Of a DNA stretch of 64,000 bases, positions 60,361 to 64,000 are shown piece after piece (position 1 is the stretch's first letter; each line of letters begins with the position of its first letter). The position numbers were made by a program, and so were the translations under genes. Below the pieces are notes generated by a model, which worked only from the letters and a program-made list of their open reading frames with translations, was not told the DNA's origin and ran no database searches. Source of the DNA: Eledone cirrhosa (Eukaryota); assembly GCA_964016885.1 (NCBI GenBank), contig OZ024747.1, positions 35,588,001-35,652,000 of the forward strand, given 5' to 3'.

Positions 60361-60933
60361 ATACAACGCACTAACACGCAACGACAACCCCACCAAACTA
60401 TCCAGGATACTACTGCAAAACATAAAAATAATTGTAACTGCACCAAACCAGGTACGTGCCCACTGAATAACCAGTGCCTAACACGCAATATTGTCTACCG
60501 ATGTACAATAAATTCCGGAACCAACAAATGGTATTACGTCGGATGTACCGCAACTTCTTTCAAAGCTCGCCTATACCAACATCGATCTTCGATCAGGCAC
60601 GAGAAAATGCGCTCCGTAACAACCCTCGCCGATAAAGCCTGGCAGCTCTGGAGGAAAAATCAAGCATTCTCCCTTGATTGGCAAATTATTGCAGCTGCGC
60701 CTGCATATAAGCAAAATCATCGATTCTGTAAATTATGCAATTTGGAGATATACTGCATTTTAACGTCGGTAAACAAACTTTTGAACAGCAAAATTGAACG
60801 TTCACTTAACTGTAACCATCGTTTGAAAACACTTTTTCTTTTTTTAAATGCATATAATGTTACCTTTTTACACCACCGTTTGCAAATTTCTGTTTTATAT
60901 GTTTATACACAAGATATGGCTTTCTATAATAAT

Positions 60934-61022
60934 TGTTTCTACTTTTGGCACAAGGCCATCAATTACCCAGTACATTACTGGTACTTTATTTTATCGACCC
61001 CGTAAGGATGAAAGGCAAAGTT
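60934..61022 (-). mobile_element. 5'-truncated family-1 SINE with 13-bp target site duplication
   Basis: TTTCTATAATAAT at 60921-60933 and 61023-61035. The SINE is absent from the opposite PLE arm. Confidence 0.85.
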
Positions 61023-61631
61023 TTTCTATAATAATAGTACTAAACACTGTTTCTGGACCCCTTTAGAAATAACCTGCTACTATAATAGCCCCAATAACCT
61101 CTGTACCAGTTTGACCTCTTTAACTAAATTTTGTCCAAACAACACCACTAGAAGAATTTACTTCCCCGCCAACCCTAACACGCCTCATTAAGCAAACTGC
61201 TGCCAAAACATTCTCTCCTTACAATCTCTACTTGTCTAAAAGTCTTAAATCCTAGGAATCCCTCCCCCTTACTCACTTCCCTCTTCCCCTTCTCTTCCTA
61301 CCTCCTTCTTTCTCTTTTATCTAGTGTATAACATATTTTCATATCATTCCAATACAAAGGTCTGAGGACATGGTGTGTTTGCTTGCAGTGTACCTTCGGG
61401 TTATGATAATATTTTTATATTATTCAAATAGCGAGGTATAGGTAACCCATACACTATAGAAACAAATGTTACCTAATAAATTCTTTATACCCGCATTTCC
61501 GTTTCATAAACTTCTTCTCCATAATTTCTCCGGATTTGATAACACACTTTATTATACCCTGAGCAATCTCCGACGTCGGTTGACTCCATCCAATGCAACT
61601 ACTTAGTAACATTGGAATACAAATTTACTAA

Positions 61632-61762
<131 letters not shown>

Positions 61763-61763
61763 T

Positions 61764-61804
<41 letters not shown>

Positions 61805-61849
61805 TACACACATATATATATATATATATATATATGGTGTAAATGGAAT

Positions 61850-62352
61850 AAATGAAATTTCATTTCTCACTCTTAGTAAGGCTGATACATACTACTGTAC
61901 GTCTGTATATACATATGTCTGTACGTATACAAACTTATATACTTATATTTAAGTATAAGCCGTACTAAGAGTGAGAAATGAAATTTCATTTTTTTCATTC
62001 ATCGTTTTCGGTACGCCGGGCCAACTAACTCACTCGATATGCAAATTAGGCTGCTCAGCCGTTAATATGCATAAGGAAAGCATATACTTCAAACGTTCAA
62101 TCAACTGACAGGAAGGTATACGGTGCTGATGACAGCTAATAAGCTAGAAACTAGTTAATCGTTCAAAAGGGCAACGATGGTGGCCGAACAGTGTACGGCT
62201 AATAATTCAGGCTGTTTGTTTATAAACAAACCGAGTATTATTATAAATGTTCGATAAACCCATACGTACATATATATATATGTGCATGTATGTATGTATA
62301 GACGTACTACTGTACGTCTGTATATATATATGTATGTACGTATACATACTTA
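61850..62352 (+). mobile_element. Degenerate family-B HHR repeat copy with a short inverted end
   Basis: Matches the 426-nt unit. Core CTGATGA-cAGCTaataAGCTa-GAAACTAGTT at 62126-62156. Confidence 0.8.
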
Positions 62353-62865
62353 TATATATATATATATATATATATACGTATACATACTTATATATGCATA
62401 TATACATATATGCATATATACACGAAGGCACATTAAAACATATATGGTGCGTAGATACTTTTTAAACATATATTTCTTCTACATCATATGATATGACGAC
62501 ATATAACAGTAAAGGCCTAAATTAAATGCATCGTGTTGGAAACTGGATGCTTGTTTCAAATGGAATTATCCATCATTTGTAAATTATACATTCCACAATA
62601 CCAATGTTATAGAATACAGAATACCCGATGAAAATTATCTTTCGAAATTTATTTCTTATTCTTTTGTAAATGGAATAATTAATGTTTTAAATATTTCATC
62701 GTGGGTATTGGGATAACAACACCAGTTGCTTGCGAAATTTATATCATACTGTGAAATCAATATCATTGTAGTTGTTTATCAGGTATTTCGATTTAATGTC
62801 ATTTAGTGTAGATAACTATTTTAAAGAGGATTTTGTACATGCTCAACGCCCACCCCGCCCATATA

Positions 62866-62919
<54 letters not shown>

Positions 62920-63107
62920 GTGTGTGTGAGTTCGTTTCCTGTACCGGGTGATGCATTATGTCCTTCAGCAAGACTGTTCATTTCACGTTGCTCCTTCTAC
63001 CTGGAGTTGCGACCGATTAATAATATTAGCAATTGGAAAGATCAATAGAAACATAGTTTCCTTGGTCCGATTTGACAAAACTCGATCGACTGTCGATATA
63101 TATATAT

Positions 63108-63600
63108 ATACTAGCAGAGGTACCCGGCGTTGCTCGGGTATTAAATAGCAGTTATATATATATCATTTATGTCGATACTTCAGTGCTGCTTCGAAAACTA
63201 TACTTTTACAACATCATCGGCTTTTTCCAAAAGGGGGTTCCTGCCCCCAGAGGTCCCCTACTCAATATGTGCCAATTATGAGAGTTCACATTGATCTGTA
63301 GAACAAACGTAGCACAAGTGTCAAGTTTTGTGAAAATCGGTTGCGAACTCCAGAAGTTATGACGATTTGTTTCATTGCACTGCAGTGCTTCAGTCGACAC
63401 CAAGGAAGTGGTTAAAGGGGTTATCTGCCGGGAGGCCCTATAATCAATATCTGGAAAAATGAATGTGCCCATGACCATCCGGAGTACATAAGTAACCAAT
63501 GTCTTAAGTTTGGTGAAAATACTGTAGAAATGCATAAGTTGTACTCACACACGCATGTGTGTGTGTGTGTGTGTGTGCGCGGGCGCGCATGTGTGTGTAT
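63108..63600 (+). mobile_element. Possible non-autonomous Helitron/Helentron-like element
   Basis: Starts TACTAGCAGAGGTACCCGGCGTTGCTCGGG (terminal hairpin), has internal AAGTTT.GTGAAAAT repeats, and ends in (GT)n. A related inverted terminus lies at 2197-2226. Confidence 0.5.
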
Positions 63601-63699
63601 TTGTCTGTACGTATGTATAAGTATGTGTATGTCCGTCGGCGCATATGTATGTACTGGCCTATATCTTAACTATTTACTTTTACTATTTTAAGGCAAAGT

Positions 63700-63817
63700 T
63701 AAAATCCCGTCGAAGTTAACTTTGCCTTTCATCATTACGGGATCGATAACATAAAGTACCAGTAATCTACTGGGTATTTGCTGGCCCTGTGCAAAAGGTA
63801 GAAACAACTATTTTAAT
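63700..63817 (+). mobile_element. Family-1 SINE, 3' part
   Basis: TTAACTTTGCCTTTCATCATTACGGGATCGATAACATAAAGTACCAG. Confidence 0.75.
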
Positions 63818-64000
63818 AACCTCTGTTATTTCCGTTTACAATTTTATTTACATCATTCTTAAACTCCGGGGCTGGAAATCATTCGGTTATTTTATATAGA
63901 ATATTAGTCTAACGACTCCATTTACACCATAAACTTGGTCTTATCTTTGAATGAAATTGTTTTTCTCGGCCCACATAACGACGTATTATCCTCGCTTTAT

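Overview
AT-rich eukaryotic (animal) non-genic DNA dense in (TA)n, (CA)n and (GA)n microsatellites. The SINE and microsatellite content suggests a cephalopod mollusc such as Octopus (inference). No host protein-coding gene is recognisable, and nearly all '[10 protein letters not shown]' ORFs are microsatellite artefacts. The window is a transposon graveyard: R4/Dong-type and Tx1/L1-type and RTE-type LINE fragments, one near full-length Tigger/pogo DNA transposon, two tRNA-derived SINE families, and seven GIY-YIG fragments of Penelope-like elements (PLEs) with Hydra-clade motifs (CxCx5C, KxRxxxH, CxLC, CxH). The main signal is an RNA-level system. About 30 type I hammerhead ribozyme (HHR) motifs from more than ten distinct sequence families can be folded by eye. 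They include a tandem ~426-nt non-coding retrozyme-like repeat, three unrelated families with a compensatory U3-A8 core, and several HHRs with long stem II insertions. Many lie in fold-back (inverted-repeat) elements set in (TA)n. In about seven of these the short arm stops a few nt before a shared (A/T)CTCC-type tail motif. All structures were read manually; no alignment, folding program or database search was run.
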